Shown here: positions 43,201 to 52,989 of the stretch, one piece after another
Position numbering within the stretch: the first letter of the stretch is position 1
How the letters are laid out: every line of letters starts with the position of its first letter
From: Savitreella phatthalungensis
Lineage: Eukaryota
Reading direction: 5' to 3'
DNA length: 64,000 bases
NCBI GenBank assembly: GCA_051599415.1
Contig: AP039696.1
Location: 1-64,000, forward strand
Translations under genes and position numbers: made by a program
Notes under the pieces: model-generated
Told to the model about the DNA's origin: nothing
Seen by the model: the letters and a program-made list of their open reading frames with translations, nothing else
The model's database searches: none

Positions 43201-43935
43201 ACTGAGACCACGTTATACTACCTCAATCTGGCATTATTTGAACATGCGGAAGGTCAGACGCTACAGGCACTCGCTCACATTCAGCATGCTTTGACACAGT
43301 GGCGACTAGTCTACGGCGTTGCGCATGAGCATCCAGATCTTCTGACAACTCTCAACAACGTGGCTGTCATGCTGCAGTCGATCAAAGAGTATGAAGCTTC
43401 GCTTGCCTGGTTCGAGCGGGCTCGTGAGCTTTGCGTATCGCTCTACGGAGATTCATCAATCCACTGTGCTTCGATTTATTTCCAGCTCGCCCAGGCGCTC
43501 ACTCTTGTGGGTGACCACAATCGCTCGGTCAAGCGCATGCGAGACGCCTACCAAATTTTCCTCAAAGAGCGCGGTGCCGATGATACAACCACGAAGGAGG
43601 CTGAATCCTGGCTATCCCAGCTCACTTCGAACGCAGTAGCTGTCGGACGACTGCAGCGCCAAAGTACTCATCTTACTGGGCGACTCGGGGGCACAGCTGG
43701 CCGACAGGCATTGCAGCCTACTCCTGGGCAAGCCCTCAACGGTACCCATCCAGGGCCCGGGCCTGCTGCAGCAGCAGCTGACAAAGGCTTGTCAGATGGC
43801 TCTGCGTCGATCGGCAGTCGAGGCGACATGGCTGTTGATGACTTGGTCGCGTACATCAACGGCAGTGCATCGGCTACTGAAAACAGCCAGACTAGCAAAG
43901 CGGGCAAGAAAAAGGCCAACAAGCGACGTGCATGA
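40243..43935 (+). CDS. CLU1: Clustered mitochondria protein Clu1/Tif31
   Basis: SGWNP.P..RRLRGDLFY, RDWNEEIQ, AQSIVPGIF, HRRGINLRYLG, and C-terminal TPRs. Confidence 0.95.
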   Translation: MSQGRSTESSANTVQGAVQPQENQQARKAEEEAASSDVSAVMQITITLPHTDSKPLSIQVGGSETVNDIRQCITDVPSTAIYTAFHFEHEGKVLDDLTEVGSLSLRDQSELVLVEDPYNERDARIHLARMVDLLSGNKDVGPGGKTLYDCLRHDSTAVPLLSARVAEPTTKLSEMHVSVPKCLRSISLSGWNPAPAQRRLRGDLFYILVETLEGDLFHISATNAGFHLNGSGSTTFDPLPTSETHHSLVRLLRSLSANFRANFEHLLTYMGSREPLLTTPLVTARPAQAWIGKPDDVQISALAVQRPWLERGFENNDSLRDWNEEIQNTRELPVTSLTERVSRARLLHKTLFDYSLAAIEGAELLVKGELSALNPGENAAAQMYIYSNIFFSQGLDGVGTFHREGGDFAAHKAVALDVNGVRTISAVDVDGLSVLGTCIVDIAGKRVVAQSIVPGIFKQRPEDESQIVYGGVDGRDVVATDAGCEALFAKAASALHLRRHAVFETKDDVRKELELSIETKGLAGADGRFYVLDLYTLTPVDIRFLESECIERNETEYDLTAGETAHFGTDKYPHRFVNFRQEFVQGYWELKLNEYVRDKIREDQQEEPTNDTEEKRKVDLSGFNLSFNPDTFLLRVPTDESSVDKAARERDEILVREMSAHLWEAVIPQFVADVSDSRLQCPIDGESLCKLLHRRGINLRYLGAVAELAEKKGASISKARTLLSIAQRSIISRAVKHVLRQAARDVPYGLMSDLYAHLLNGVFNSATTAHAADSLERLYQTKVAAFRWLHEEFVIRIRSTAKQLYRYDLPQDWAEEQRGLPLLREICLQLGIKIQARAYFTSQPNNTSEQEVVGPLVQTRTKKGKAFKESSAPKATSKLRTGMFEAADILDIIPRVKESSPRSGIAEEALEVGRLHIAEGQKDLGIELVRESISLHEQIYGVLHPETARAYNQAAMIWSNLDQPALALDFAQKAVIVSERTVGLDNTETTLYYLNLALFEHAEGQTLQALAHIQHALTQWRLVYGVAHEHPDLLTTLNNVAVMLQSIKEYEASLAWFERARELCVSLYGDSSIHCASIYFQLAQALTLVGDHNRSVKRMRDAYQIFLKERGADDTTTKEAESWLSQLTSNAVAVGRLQRQSTHLTGRLGGTAGRQALQPTPGQALNGTHPGPGPAAAAADKGLSDGSASIGSRGDMAVDDLVAYINGSASATENSQTSKAGKKKANKRRA

Positions 43936-44184
43936 TGAAAAGCAGTGTCTGATTGTCTCGTCACACTCACCGAATCATTCGCGAGTCGCTTCCTGAACGC
44001 CACTGTCACTCGCGCAGATAGCATACAACGGTAAAGCACAGCATATCCCGAACTTGAAGTTGATTAAGATCAAGAATTGCCTGACAGTGATTATTGCAAG
44101 GTTTTTGGATTGTTTGATCAACGGATAATTACAAAGACTGCCTGTCTATCATGTGAAGCGATGGCCGAGTACGGATGAGAACTT

Positions 44185-44610
44185 TCATGCCGCTCGATAT
44201 GTTAGAACCCGAACGATGACGCCTTCTCCGCCGATCTCGACAACCTTCTCGTGCCAGCTGAGGAGAACTGCGCAATTGTTTGCAGCAGGTGAGGCGAGTC
44301 CCTTGTAAATCGCCCGCATGAGCTGATCGAGTTCCACTCGGGAGAGTTGTGCTAGCACTTGAGGGATTTCTGTTGATTTGATGGAGGATAGGCATGAGAG
44401 TGCCGCAGTCGGGTCAAGATCGGCGATCCCAAGACCTTGCCTCAGTCCACCCGACGCATCACCTCTGGCAATTGCCTGTCTGACCGCGGCAGTGACGACG
44501 GATGCATCTGTCGTCTGAGGCGGTCTAGCGTTCGTAAAAAGCTCTGCAGCAGTGAGTTTGTCCTCGTCGAATTGATCGACGTCTATTCTTCGCCAGTCGA
44601 TTTCTGCCAT
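44185..44610 (-). CDS. ARC15: Arp2/3 complex subunit 5 (Arc15/ARPC5)
   Basis: WRRIDVDQFD, DQLMRAIYKGL and LLSWHEKVVE.GG.GVIVRVL. Confidence 0.92.
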   Translation of the reverse strand: MAEIDWRRIDVDQFDEDKLTAAELFTNARPPQTTDASVVTAAVRQAIARGDASGGLRQGLGIADLDPTAALSCLSSIKSTEIPQVLAQLSRVELDQLMRAIYKGLASPAANNCAVLLSWHEKVVEIGGEGVIVRVLTYRAA

Positions 44611-45557
44611 CGTGCCGGTATGTGGGTGTGAGAATGTGTGCCTGGTGTGGCTACGGACGTGTCTGCGATCGAGTTCCTGGCCAATCTCTTGATCGAAGGG
44701 GTAGATCTATTACTTAGAGGCGAGCAAGAAGATGAAGATGCTCCTGGACTTTCCTTTGTCTTCACCTCGCTCGATACCCTAAAGTCAGATGTTGTATAAT
44801 CGAACGTAGAATCGAACGATCGACTGGTGCAATGAATGAACGAATCGATGAATGATGATGATCCGAATGAATGGACGGGTGAATGAGTGAGTAAGCGTGC
44901 GTGATCCCGCTTTGGTGTGATGGTCACCGAACGGTCATTCGTAGGTTGACTTGATTTCGGGCGGTGCATATGAGGACAGCTTAGTTGAGCAATGATGACA
45001 CTCTGGCCATGCTGGCAATGAATCGCAGGCGCCTGCATCTTGAGATGCATAATTTAAACGTTCATTTTGTTGCACAGAAATCTGCATTAATAGATAAATT
45101 ATATCTATGCTTCAATCAGAACTTTTGAATTTTTACCGGATTTAGAATGATCGATCTAGAGTTTGAGCTATAAATCAGCAATACATTAAACTCATACGTA
45201 CGACCCCGTACGTGTGCGTACATGCAGTAATGTACGTATATGCAAGCAATTGGATCAATGAATTCGAGAAGTCTGATCGAGTGTCTTCATCGATCATGCA
45301 TATAGAAAATTGATCAAGGTTGATTGCGTATCAACATGTGGAGGGAATAGGTTGGATGCACGTACGTACGTGTACTGACCTACACCATGCATCATTAAAT
45401 TTCGAATTCTTCGATCGATCATGCTCCACGAATAGATTCGAACTTTTGATTTTAATGCACATGCATGCAACGCAGCCTGGGTAAAGTCCGTATCCAGTCT
45501 TGCATGATCTCCAATACAAAATAAAAATCTGGCTTTCTCCAGAACACTACAGCAAAA

Positions 45558-45647
45558 GGAGGTAGACTCGAAGATATACTGTACGTAAATCTATTTTGAC
45601 ATGGAGGTAGACTCGAAGATATACTGTACGTAAATCTATTTTGACAT
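45558..45647. repeat. Perfect 45-bp tandem duplication
   Basis: GGAGGTAGACTCGAAGATATACTGTACGTAAATCTATTTTGACAT at 45558 and again at 45603. Confidence 0.95.
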
Positions 45648-45904
45648 ATTCCGAATCTCACATCGTATGCTTAATCGGAGCTCGAAGCCTATAAGGAAAG
45701 ATATTAGGAGTAGAATTACCGGCAAACGCACCTACACGCGACACACCAAGAAGAAAAAAAGGTACACGGGTATAGAGCACTGCTGCAACAGATTAGAGTA
45801 GCCGTTGCACTGGTCTCGTCGGTCTCGCTGCTGTTGAGCTTCAACTAGGTAGAAAGTCCTTGAATTGGGAAGCTCAGATATACGGTCACAGAGCTTTTCT
45901 CAGC

Positions 45905-47413
45905 ATGGGCGACCAAGCCACCCAGACAAGCTCACAGCCCGTGGAACCTCATGGGGAAGCAAATGGTGTCCAGGCGGCAGAGAGTAATGGCAAGCATCAA
46001 AATGGAGCGATGAAGCGTGCTCCCATCACATCGGCCGAATCTCTCGCGGAAGCCGAGAAGCACAAGGCAGAAGGGAACGACTTCTACCGCGCAGCTCAAT
46101 ACAGTATGGCTGTGCGCTGCTATACACGTGCACATGAGCTGGCTCCCGACAGTCCTACATTTCTCAACAATAGAGCTGCTGCCTACATGCTCATGGGCGA
46201 GTTCGAACGTGCTCTTGCGGATTCACACCTTGCAGAGTCCATTGCTCCAGGGAACCCGAAAACTGCTGCCCGTATCCAGCAGGCGCAGTCACATCTCTCC
46301 GTCCTTGGCCAGGCAAACCATTTCCTGGAGGCAAAGAATCCCGGCATGGCGGTGAACTGCATCGACCGTCTGGAACGTCTCCTCTCTGCCAAGGCTACAA
46401 TTCCCACAGTGTGGCGACGACTGCGTGCGGAGGCTATGCTTCAACAGGGTCAGTACGAGCAGGCTGGCAAGATTGCAGGCGAGATCTTGCGTGTCGATAG
46501 GACAGACGTCGATGCTCTCGTGCTCCGTGGCCGCGTTATGTATATGGCTGGGGACAACACGACAGCTATCAACCATTTTCAGGAAGCCCTCCGGCTCGAT
46601 CCGGATAAGAGCTTGGCGCGCACACTCTTCAGACAGGTCCGTAAGCTCGAGGAGCTCAAAACGCAGGGCAATAGCGCCTTCAAGAATGGTCGCCCGACAG
46701 AGGCAGATCGCTTGTACAGTGAAGCTCTTGAGATCGATTCAACCAACATCGGGACAAATGCTAAGCTGTACAGTAACCGAGCTCAATGTAGGCTCAAGCT
46801 CAAACGGTACGATGAGGCTGTGGCAGATTGTGACAAGGCACTTGAGCTCGACTCGGCCTACACAAAGCCCGTCGTGACACGTGCCAAGGCCAAGATCGCT
46901 CTTGAACGTTATCAGGAAGCTGTTGACGACCTGCAGGCTTGTTGTGAGACCAATCCAAACGATCAGACGCTACAACGCGAGCTCAAGCAAGCACAACTTG
47001 AGCTGAAGAAGTCACAACGCAAGAATTATTACAAGATTCTCGGAATCGCCAAGGACGCAGGCGATCAGGAAATAAAGAAGGCTTACCGCAAGCAAGCTCT
47101 CCTATCACACCCGGACAAGAACCCGGACGATCCGGACGCGGAAGCCAAGTTCAAGGACGTCGGCGAGGCTTACCAGATCCTTAGTGACCCGCAGCAGAAG
47201 GCTCGATATGACTCCGGTGTCGACCTCGAGGACGGTCCCGGTGGTATGGGTGGTGGCGGCTTCGGACCGGGCGGAATGGGCGGCATGGATCCTCAGGACA
47301 TATTCCGCATGTTTGCTCAACAGCAGGGAGGTGGCGGTATGGGCGGAGGTCACCCCTTCGGTGGAATGGGCGGTGGACACAGTCACGGCCACGGCAATCC
47401 CTATGGCTTTTAG
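45905..47413 (+). CDS. TPR + J-domain co-chaperone (DNAJC7/Tpr2-like)
   Basis: Two TPR clusters, J-domain YYKILG...HPDKN, and a G/M/F-rich tail. Confidence 0.92.
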   Translation: MGDQATQTSSQPVEPHGEANGVQAAESNGKHQNGAMKRAPITSAESLAEAEKHKAEGNDFYRAAQYSMAVRCYTRAHELAPDSPTFLNNRAAAYMLMGEFERALADSHLAESIAPGNPKTAARIQQAQSHLSVLGQANHFLEAKNPGMAVNCIDRLERLLSAKATIPTVWRRLRAEAMLQQGQYEQAGKIAGEILRVDRTDVDALVLRGRVMYMAGDNTTAINHFQEALRLDPDKSLARTLFRQVRKLEELKTQGNSAFKNGRPTEADRLYSEALEIDSTNIGTNAKLYSNRAQCRLKLKRYDEAVADCDKALELDSAYTKPVVTRAKAKIALERYQEAVDDLQACCETNPNDQTLQRELKQAQLELKKSQRKNYYKILGIAKDAGDQEIKKAYRKQALLSHPDKNPDDPDAEAKFKDVGEAYQILSDPQQKARYDSGVDLEDGPGGMGGGGFGPGGMGGMDPQDIFRMFAQQQGGGGMGGGHPFGGMGGGHSHGHGNPYGF

Positions 47414-47551
47414 ATGTAGTCCCACGATGAAATTGATCGGGCGACCCTGGTTGCGTGACCGTGCAATCGTGACGAGCTACACCACACGAAGCTCGGACTA
47501 CAAGCAGCGAACGGAAATTTCGAAAAATCCGATCATCATTATCTTTGTCGT

Positions 47552-50500
47552 TCAGGTATGCCCTGAATTGATGGACGCAATGTAGCGGTCGCAGTCGAGA
47601 CAGAATTCTTCGTCAAACTTTGGCGTCGAGTCGCTCTGGCTCTGGCCCTTGGCGCACTGCTCAGCGACAGAGACGACAAACTGCTCCCAACCAGCCCTCA
47701 CAATTTCGCGGTCCATACGATTCAAGAGCCGCATGGCCACCATCAAGTCATGTCTCTTTCTTGCGAGATGCTGTCGCTCTTTGCGCGTAGCTCGGGCGAA
47801 ATCATCCATCAATCGGAAACTGTCATTTGCGGTCGACTCCTTGACTGGCAATTCCGGCAGGAAGGAATTGGATGAAAGGTCGTCCTGTAGCAGTGGAGAT
47901 TGTCTGAAGACTTCGTAGCAGATCCCAAATGGTTGACTGTCGATCTCGTTGTCCTCCATCTGCTTAGATACTGTTTGATAGGTGAAGACATCGAGATCCT
48001 TGACCGTGACACCATGCGTGATGAACCCAAATGGGCGCATGTCGATCGAGTTCAGAAGCGTATCAGCTCGTCGGTGTTGCCAATACTGCCCTGTAGCTCT
48101 GCCTGTCAGCCAGAGGTTCGACAGGGCAAGGATGATGATGATGCCAATGAGGAATGAGTGCGTCGTCACAAAAGCTGAGACGTGATTAAGGACATGCCAG
48201 GTTGATACAGAGGCTTCAGTGATCAGGGAGTTGAGGAACACGCGGGGGTTAGCTCTAGCTAACCCAAATGCCGTAAATCTGCGGATGGTTGGATTGGCAG
48301 CCTTTTCGCCACTCTTCGAGCCTTTGCCGTGGCCTCCACCATCTAAATACATGGTGTCGCCTCGCCCGATCACGCGCCCGTATATTCGTACTGCCTTTGA
48401 GGTTTTGCTCTGGAGTCCCAAGCGGTCCAAAGCTTCTCGTTCAATGAAGTGCTGTACTGTAGGCATCGCCACCAGTCGTGCAGACTGCAGGAAAGCTTGG
48501 CTGATGACTCCACGCAATAAGCGATTTGTACCCTGCCAGTCAACGCCGATCCAAGCGCGTAGTCGTGCTTTTTGCTTCGAGACATAAGTGATATTCCACT
48601 TGACATGCATGAAGAACTTGTCGCCGTCGGGCATATTGAATGGTCGACGGTAGAAAGTCACGACATAGTTCAAGTGCTCCTCGCGCTTCCAGATCTTGTG
48701 GAAATCCGACCATTCGGAAGTTTTCGTGCGTCCATCAGAGCCAACGATGGTGAGCTCGTATTTGTACGCCCGTGCCAAGGTACCATCTTCGATTGTCTGC
48801 CATGGACCCTGCTGCACATCCTTGAATCCAAGATCAGCATAACTCCGAAGCCATACGGGCGTACGATTACCGAAGAGCAGGTGAAAGAGGCCTTTTGCGG
48901 TAACCATATACTCCCGGTCAAAGATTTTGCCATACATCTGGTCATCGGCTTCGCCAGCAACAGGCTGATTGGGTAGCTTAAGGCGAACACCATCAATCTT
49001 CTCAATCCGCTTTCCTGCGTCATCATCATCCGCGTCCTCGTCGTCTGAATTCTCTGCAACCGGAGAAGCAGCAGCCTCTTTCAGTGGACCCGGTGCGGCG
49101 GTCTGCGGATTTGGTATCTGTGACACGCTACGCACGCGCGTGTCCGAAGGCAGAGCGTTGCGCAACAATTTGAAGACTTCTGCACAACCGAGCGGCTCGT
49201 CTGCAATGTAGTTGCCCAGAAGAATCTCGATCCGTTTCTTCGCCAGTCCGCCTTCGTCAAGATACAGAACCAGCTCTGCCTCGCCGAGATCATGGATGTC
49301 AAAGATGAGTACGTCATGAGTTGACCTCTTCTTCAGCCGAACACCCAGCATTTCACTGTACATGCATGATTGGACCAAAATCATGCCATGCGAATTGGCG
49401 TAAAGGTAGCATCCGCGTAATGTGAAGTAGACACGGGCGCTGAAACTTCCGTCATACGCGCTCAGCGTGCGATTTCCCCGAAGAACCATTAGGACATGCT
49501 CATTGCGCGCTTGCGGGAAAAGGGACATGAAATGAGCATCTTGACGGCGTATTTCCTGCGGAAAGTCCGGCGGATACTCCTTCGGCCCTGCAACAGTAGC
49601 TGCAGGCGCCGTGTGTAGCGATTTCTCTTCCCGTGCTCGCTTCGACATCATGCTGTACATGGCTGAATCCGGCGAGCACAGCAGCTTGGCCATAGCTTTT
49701 GCATCGAGCTGCATCGAAGCTGTCTGGCTGATCATGCCATAGGCGACACTCCCCCAAAAGTTTGCCTGAGCAGCCGAAGGCGTGTCGGTCAGCGTTGCGT
49801 TTCCCAATATGCTTTGATTCGTGAGAGCCGTGCACAAGGGAGATGGAGCCAATGTCGTCGGTGAGAGTGGATAGACATCCACGAAGACGTCGAAGGGGTT
49901 GTCCAGGCGCGATTGATCGACATGCGAGATCGAGCCTCGAGGAGCTGTGAGCGTAGCTACTCCGCTTGCCGCCGATATAAGAGCGCTTAGGCCGGTCGTT
50001 CCGCCCGACTCACTCTTCGCATGGGACATCCGACGCGTTGACAGCGCTGTGTTGTCCAGACCATGTTCGTCTGGCGTAGCGCTACCGATGGCAAACGCTG
50101 GACTAGCTTTGTCGATGCGTGATGCATGAGAGCTGGATTCTGGTGTTGAAATCGCCTCCTTGCGCACATTGTCAAAGACATCGAGCCAAGCGGAAGCCTC
50201 TGCATCGCTTTCAGCTTGTAGCAGGATCGTGGTATCCTTTGTTACCACCTCGAAGCAGAACCGGCGTTCTTCCTGCTTCGACGCCCGCACGTTGCACAAT
50301 AGAACACCGAGGTGTTCACTTTCTTCCACGGCGCCTGTCTTGCTGTTGTTCGCCAGCCATCCAAAGACGCCGTGCTTGACGAAAAACCAGCGCCGCGTCC
50401 ACGTGTAGCGCGTAGGTTTGCCGCTCACGAGTCTCACCAGGAGCCATCCCTGCTTGGCGTTGGCCGTTGTTACGGCTGCTCGTCTTAGCCCAGAGGGTTG

Positions 50501-51352
50501 AGTATGAACGGACTGATATTCTGTTAGATCGCGTGCGGGGCTGACCATTCTTATAATTTCGTCTTCGAGGTCAAACCTGATAGAATGTAAGTACTCTTCG
50601 CACTGCCTGGCCGACTTCGACATCTCATTCGTCCAGTCTGTGACCATGTCCAGCCGAGGACGCGAATTGTAATCCGATGCAAGGGCCCCAGTATGATGAA
50701 CGGCATTGTTGAATCCGCGCACAAAGCTCTGGACGAAGGCCTGATCCACAGCAGATTTGAACATACTCATCTTGATGACATAGTCGAATGATGCCTTGAT
50801 GTAGGCCTTGCGTTTCTCGAACAGCTGAAATGCGTCCTCTCGCAACGACGACGCCTCTTTCGTCTTTGGCTGTGCGAAGTATTGCTTGATCTGGTCATCG
50901 AAGGCTTTCTGCGTGCGATAGAATTCGTTGCGGAGGTGCTTAACCTCTCTCAATTCGGTTTGCTGCAAACGCATCATCGGCTCCGACCACGTTGCCTCCA
51001 TATTACGTGCGTGCTGGAAGATCTCCTGCCAGTATGCATTGTTGGCTTCCGAAAAGCGCAGCATTGCAGTGAATGTGTAGTCAGCATCGATGATACCACT
51101 TTCCATGAATGTCGGCGCATTGCGGACCAGATCAAGTGCCTGAGACTCGAGGCGTACAAAAGCGGTGGTGAAATCTCTTAGGCCCCGGATGGAGCGCGTC
51201 AACCATGCATCAAGAGCTTCGATCTGATCGTCAAAGTGTTTGGCATGTGCGCGAAATGAGACACTGTCTATTACGGACTCCCGGAGAAGGATCGGTGCCA
51301 GGAAATTATGCCCTTCCACAAAGATGCGCGCGTCCTCTCGGCGCAGTGCCAT
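47552..51352 (-). CDS. SIP3: Sip3/Lam1-like sterol transfer protein (BAR-PH-VASt-TM)
   Basis: DSVSFRA BAR start, PH domain (KQGWL...RRWFFVK...ERRFCFEV), VASt region (AKGLFHLLFG), and a C-terminal TM. Confidence 0.85.
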   Translation of the reverse strand: MALRREDARIFVEGHNFLAPILLRESVIDSVSFRAHAKHFDDQIEALDAWLTRSIRGLRDFTTAFVRLESQALDLVRNAPTFMESGIIDADYTFTAMLRFSEANNAYWQEIFQHARNMEATWSEPMMRLQQTELREVKHLRNEFYRTQKAFDDQIKQYFAQPKTKEASSLREDAFQLFEKRKAYIKASFDYVIKMSMFKSAVDQAFVQSFVRGFNNAVHHTGALASDYNSRPRLDMVTDWTNEMSKSARQCEEYLHSIRFDLEDEIIRMVSPARDLTEYQSVHTQPSGLRRAAVTTANAKQGWLLVRLVSGKPTRYTWTRRWFFVKHGVFGWLANNSKTGAVEESEHLGVLLCNVRASKQEERRFCFEVVTKDTTILLQAESDAEASAWLDVFDNVRKEAISTPESSSHASRIDKASPAFAIGSATPDEHGLDNTALSTRRMSHAKSESGGTTGLSALISAASGVATLTAPRGSISHVDQSRLDNPFDVFVDVYPLSPTTLAPSPLCTALTNQSILGNATLTDTPSAAQANFWGSVAYGMISQTASMQLDAKAMAKLLCSPDSAMYSMMSKRAREEKSLHTAPAATVAGPKEYPPDFPQEIRRQDAHFMSLFPQARNEHVLMVLRGNRTLSAYDGSFSARVYFTLRGCYLYANSHGMILVQSCMYSEMLGVRLKKRSTHDVLIFDIHDLGEAELVLYLDEGGLAKKRIEILLGNYIADEPLGCAEVFKLLRNALPSDTRVRSVSQIPNPQTAAPGPLKEAAASPVAENSDDEDADDDDAGKRIEKIDGVRLKLPNQPVAGEADDQMYGKIFDREYMVTAKGLFHLLFGNRTPVWLRSYADLGFKDVQQGPWQTIEDGTLARAYKYELTIVGSDGRTKTSEWSDFHKIWKREEHLNYVVTFYRRPFNMPDGDKFFMHVKWNITYVSKQKARLRAWIGVDWQGTNRLLRGVISQAFLQSARLVAMPTVQHFIEREALDRLGLQSKTSKAVRIYGRVIGRGDTMYLDGGGHGKGSKSGEKAANPTIRRFTAFGLARANPRVFLNSLITEASVSTWHVLNHVSAFVTTHSFLIGIIIILALSNLWLTGRATGQYWQHRRADTLLNSIDMRPFGFITHGVTVKDLDVFTYQTVSKQMEDNEIDSQPFGICYEVFRQSPLLQDDLSSNSFLPELPVKESTANDSFRLMDDFARATRKERQHLARKRHDLMVAMRLLNRMDREIVRAGWEQFVVSVAEQCAKGQSQSDSTPKFDEEFCLDCDRYIASINSGHT

Positions 51353-51645
51353 CTCGGCAATGCGAGAGCTCCTGTATTTGTGAACGAGGGCACAAGAGCA
51401 GTGAGCGGATCTATGACCGCATACTCAATATAGCGTGCCCTAGCACTCGAGCGCGCTCGATGGGGTTTGACCACTTATATGCATATTCTATATTGCCTTT
51501 ACGTAGCTCTCCATCTTCGTCATGCATTTCATACGTGCGTTACAGTTCCCGATCAATATCCAGTCAAATCTGGGAATTGATCGGCGTCACATGCGCACGC
51601 GTTGGAGCAATAATGAGAGATGAGCACGCAAGCCAGGACGTTTTG

Positions 51646-52725
51646 TTAGTGAGCAATGGGCCGACGTATCTCACGAATCGCGCTCGATTCGTTTCGACGA
51701 CGTGTTTGCGTCTCATCCCGATGCGCGTTTCCGCGAGAATCATCTGCCTGCGATTGCTGAGTTGCGTCTTCTTTCGCGTATTCTAGTGTATCGGAGATAA
51801 TTCTGCGAAGGCGCTCGTCGGAAGCCGGTGCGTCATAAATAGCCTGACACATCCTCACGAGGCCGTCCGAATTCTCTAAGGTCTCAAGTCCGCCTCGTGG
51901 TCCAATGAAGAGATTGTGTTCGCCATCGAGCGATTCTGTATCCTTGATTCGTTCAATATACTGTTGTCGATGGAGTTTTTGGAGCACATCGATCAGAGGT
52001 CCAGCGGGCGTATCCATCCCCCACTCTAGGCGACCCAACAGGTTAGACAAGCGGCTTTCTGCTAGGACCTGCCCATCCGACAGGCTGATCAGAATTAAAA
52101 TGACCCCGAGAACTGCGTTAAAGGCGATATCGAGCTGGCTGAAGACGCGGGATGAAATGTCGCGCATTGGTGTAGGGAGCAACGATTGAAGGACATACGC
52201 TCGATTCTGTGCGACAGAGCCATTCAAAGAGGTCTGTGTCGATGCTGAGGTCAATTTACTGCCCTGAGGACCCAGAGATACTTGTGACTGTGCCTGCTTG
52301 CGCTGCTGCGTTATTGTCATGTGTCTTTGCCGATCCTTGCCAGGTAGCGCAACAAGATGCACTCCGAAGATGTGTCGCAATTGCTTTTGAGCCAGCTCAA
52401 AGACCACGTTGAAGCAGCGCTTGTGATTGTTGACGACAATTTTCTTAGCAAAGTCGTCTCGCCTGATTGGGGTGCGCGTATGTTCTTGAGCTAGCGCGAG
52501 CCGGACTAGATTCTTCACCATTTGCTGTAGATCGGCCGCTGGAATTTCCTTTCTGCTCACCGATGCGTCCGCCGCGACTTCGGCATTGTCGCTCAGCTCA
52601 TCGGCATCATCGTCGACAGACGTGATATTGACCGCTTGTACTTCGGACTGCTCGGCTGCCCCTGCCGCGGTACTTGTCTCTTCCTCGGGCTCGGCAACGC
52701 GACGCAATCTCTTCCTTGGATGCAT
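51646..52725 (-). CDS. NSE3: MAGE-domain Smc5/6 subunit Nse3
   Basis: MVKNLVRLALA.EH.RTPIRR, AQ.QLR.IFG..LV.LP and GPRG motifs. Confidence 0.85.
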   Translation of the reverse strand: MHPRKRLRRVAEPEEETSTAAGAAEQSEVQAVNITSVDDDADELSDNAEVAADASVSRKEIPAADLQQMVKNLVRLALAQEHTRTPIRRDDFAKKIVVNNHKRCFNVVFELAQKQLRHIFGVHLVALPGKDRQRHMTITQQRKQAQSQVSLGPQGSKLTSASTQTSLNGSVAQNRAYVLQSLLPTPMRDISSRVFSQLDIAFNAVLGVILILISLSDGQVLAESRLSNLLGRLEWGMDTPAGPLIDVLQKLHRQQYIERIKDTESLDGEHNLFIGPRGGLETLENSDGLVRMCQAIYDAPASDERLRRIISDTLEYAKEDATQQSQADDSRGNAHRDETQTRRRNESSAIREIRRPIAH

Positions 52726-52989
52726 CTCGTTATTGTGTTATGCTGACAATCGTCAACACTGATCTACGATGTCGTGCGCGCCCCGGATGCTTATTGCTTC
52801 GCGACTCGACCGAGCAATGTACTGTCTTGCATTTGTTTTGGGCGTGTCAGTCATGGACCCCATGAAATCGCTTCTGTCAAGCTGTCCACGGCTTATGCTT
52901 TGACGACGAATGCAGCGTGCAGCAAGTTTCAAACAGCGCGAATTATCCACAGTGGGGCCCCTCATCATGATCAGGTAGAGTAACGCTTG

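Noticed and set aside
44583..45050. 155-aa ORF overlapping the ARC15 start
   Set aside because: It runs through (GAAT)-like simple sequence with no motif; probably 5' UTR or promoter, though a uORF is not excluded.
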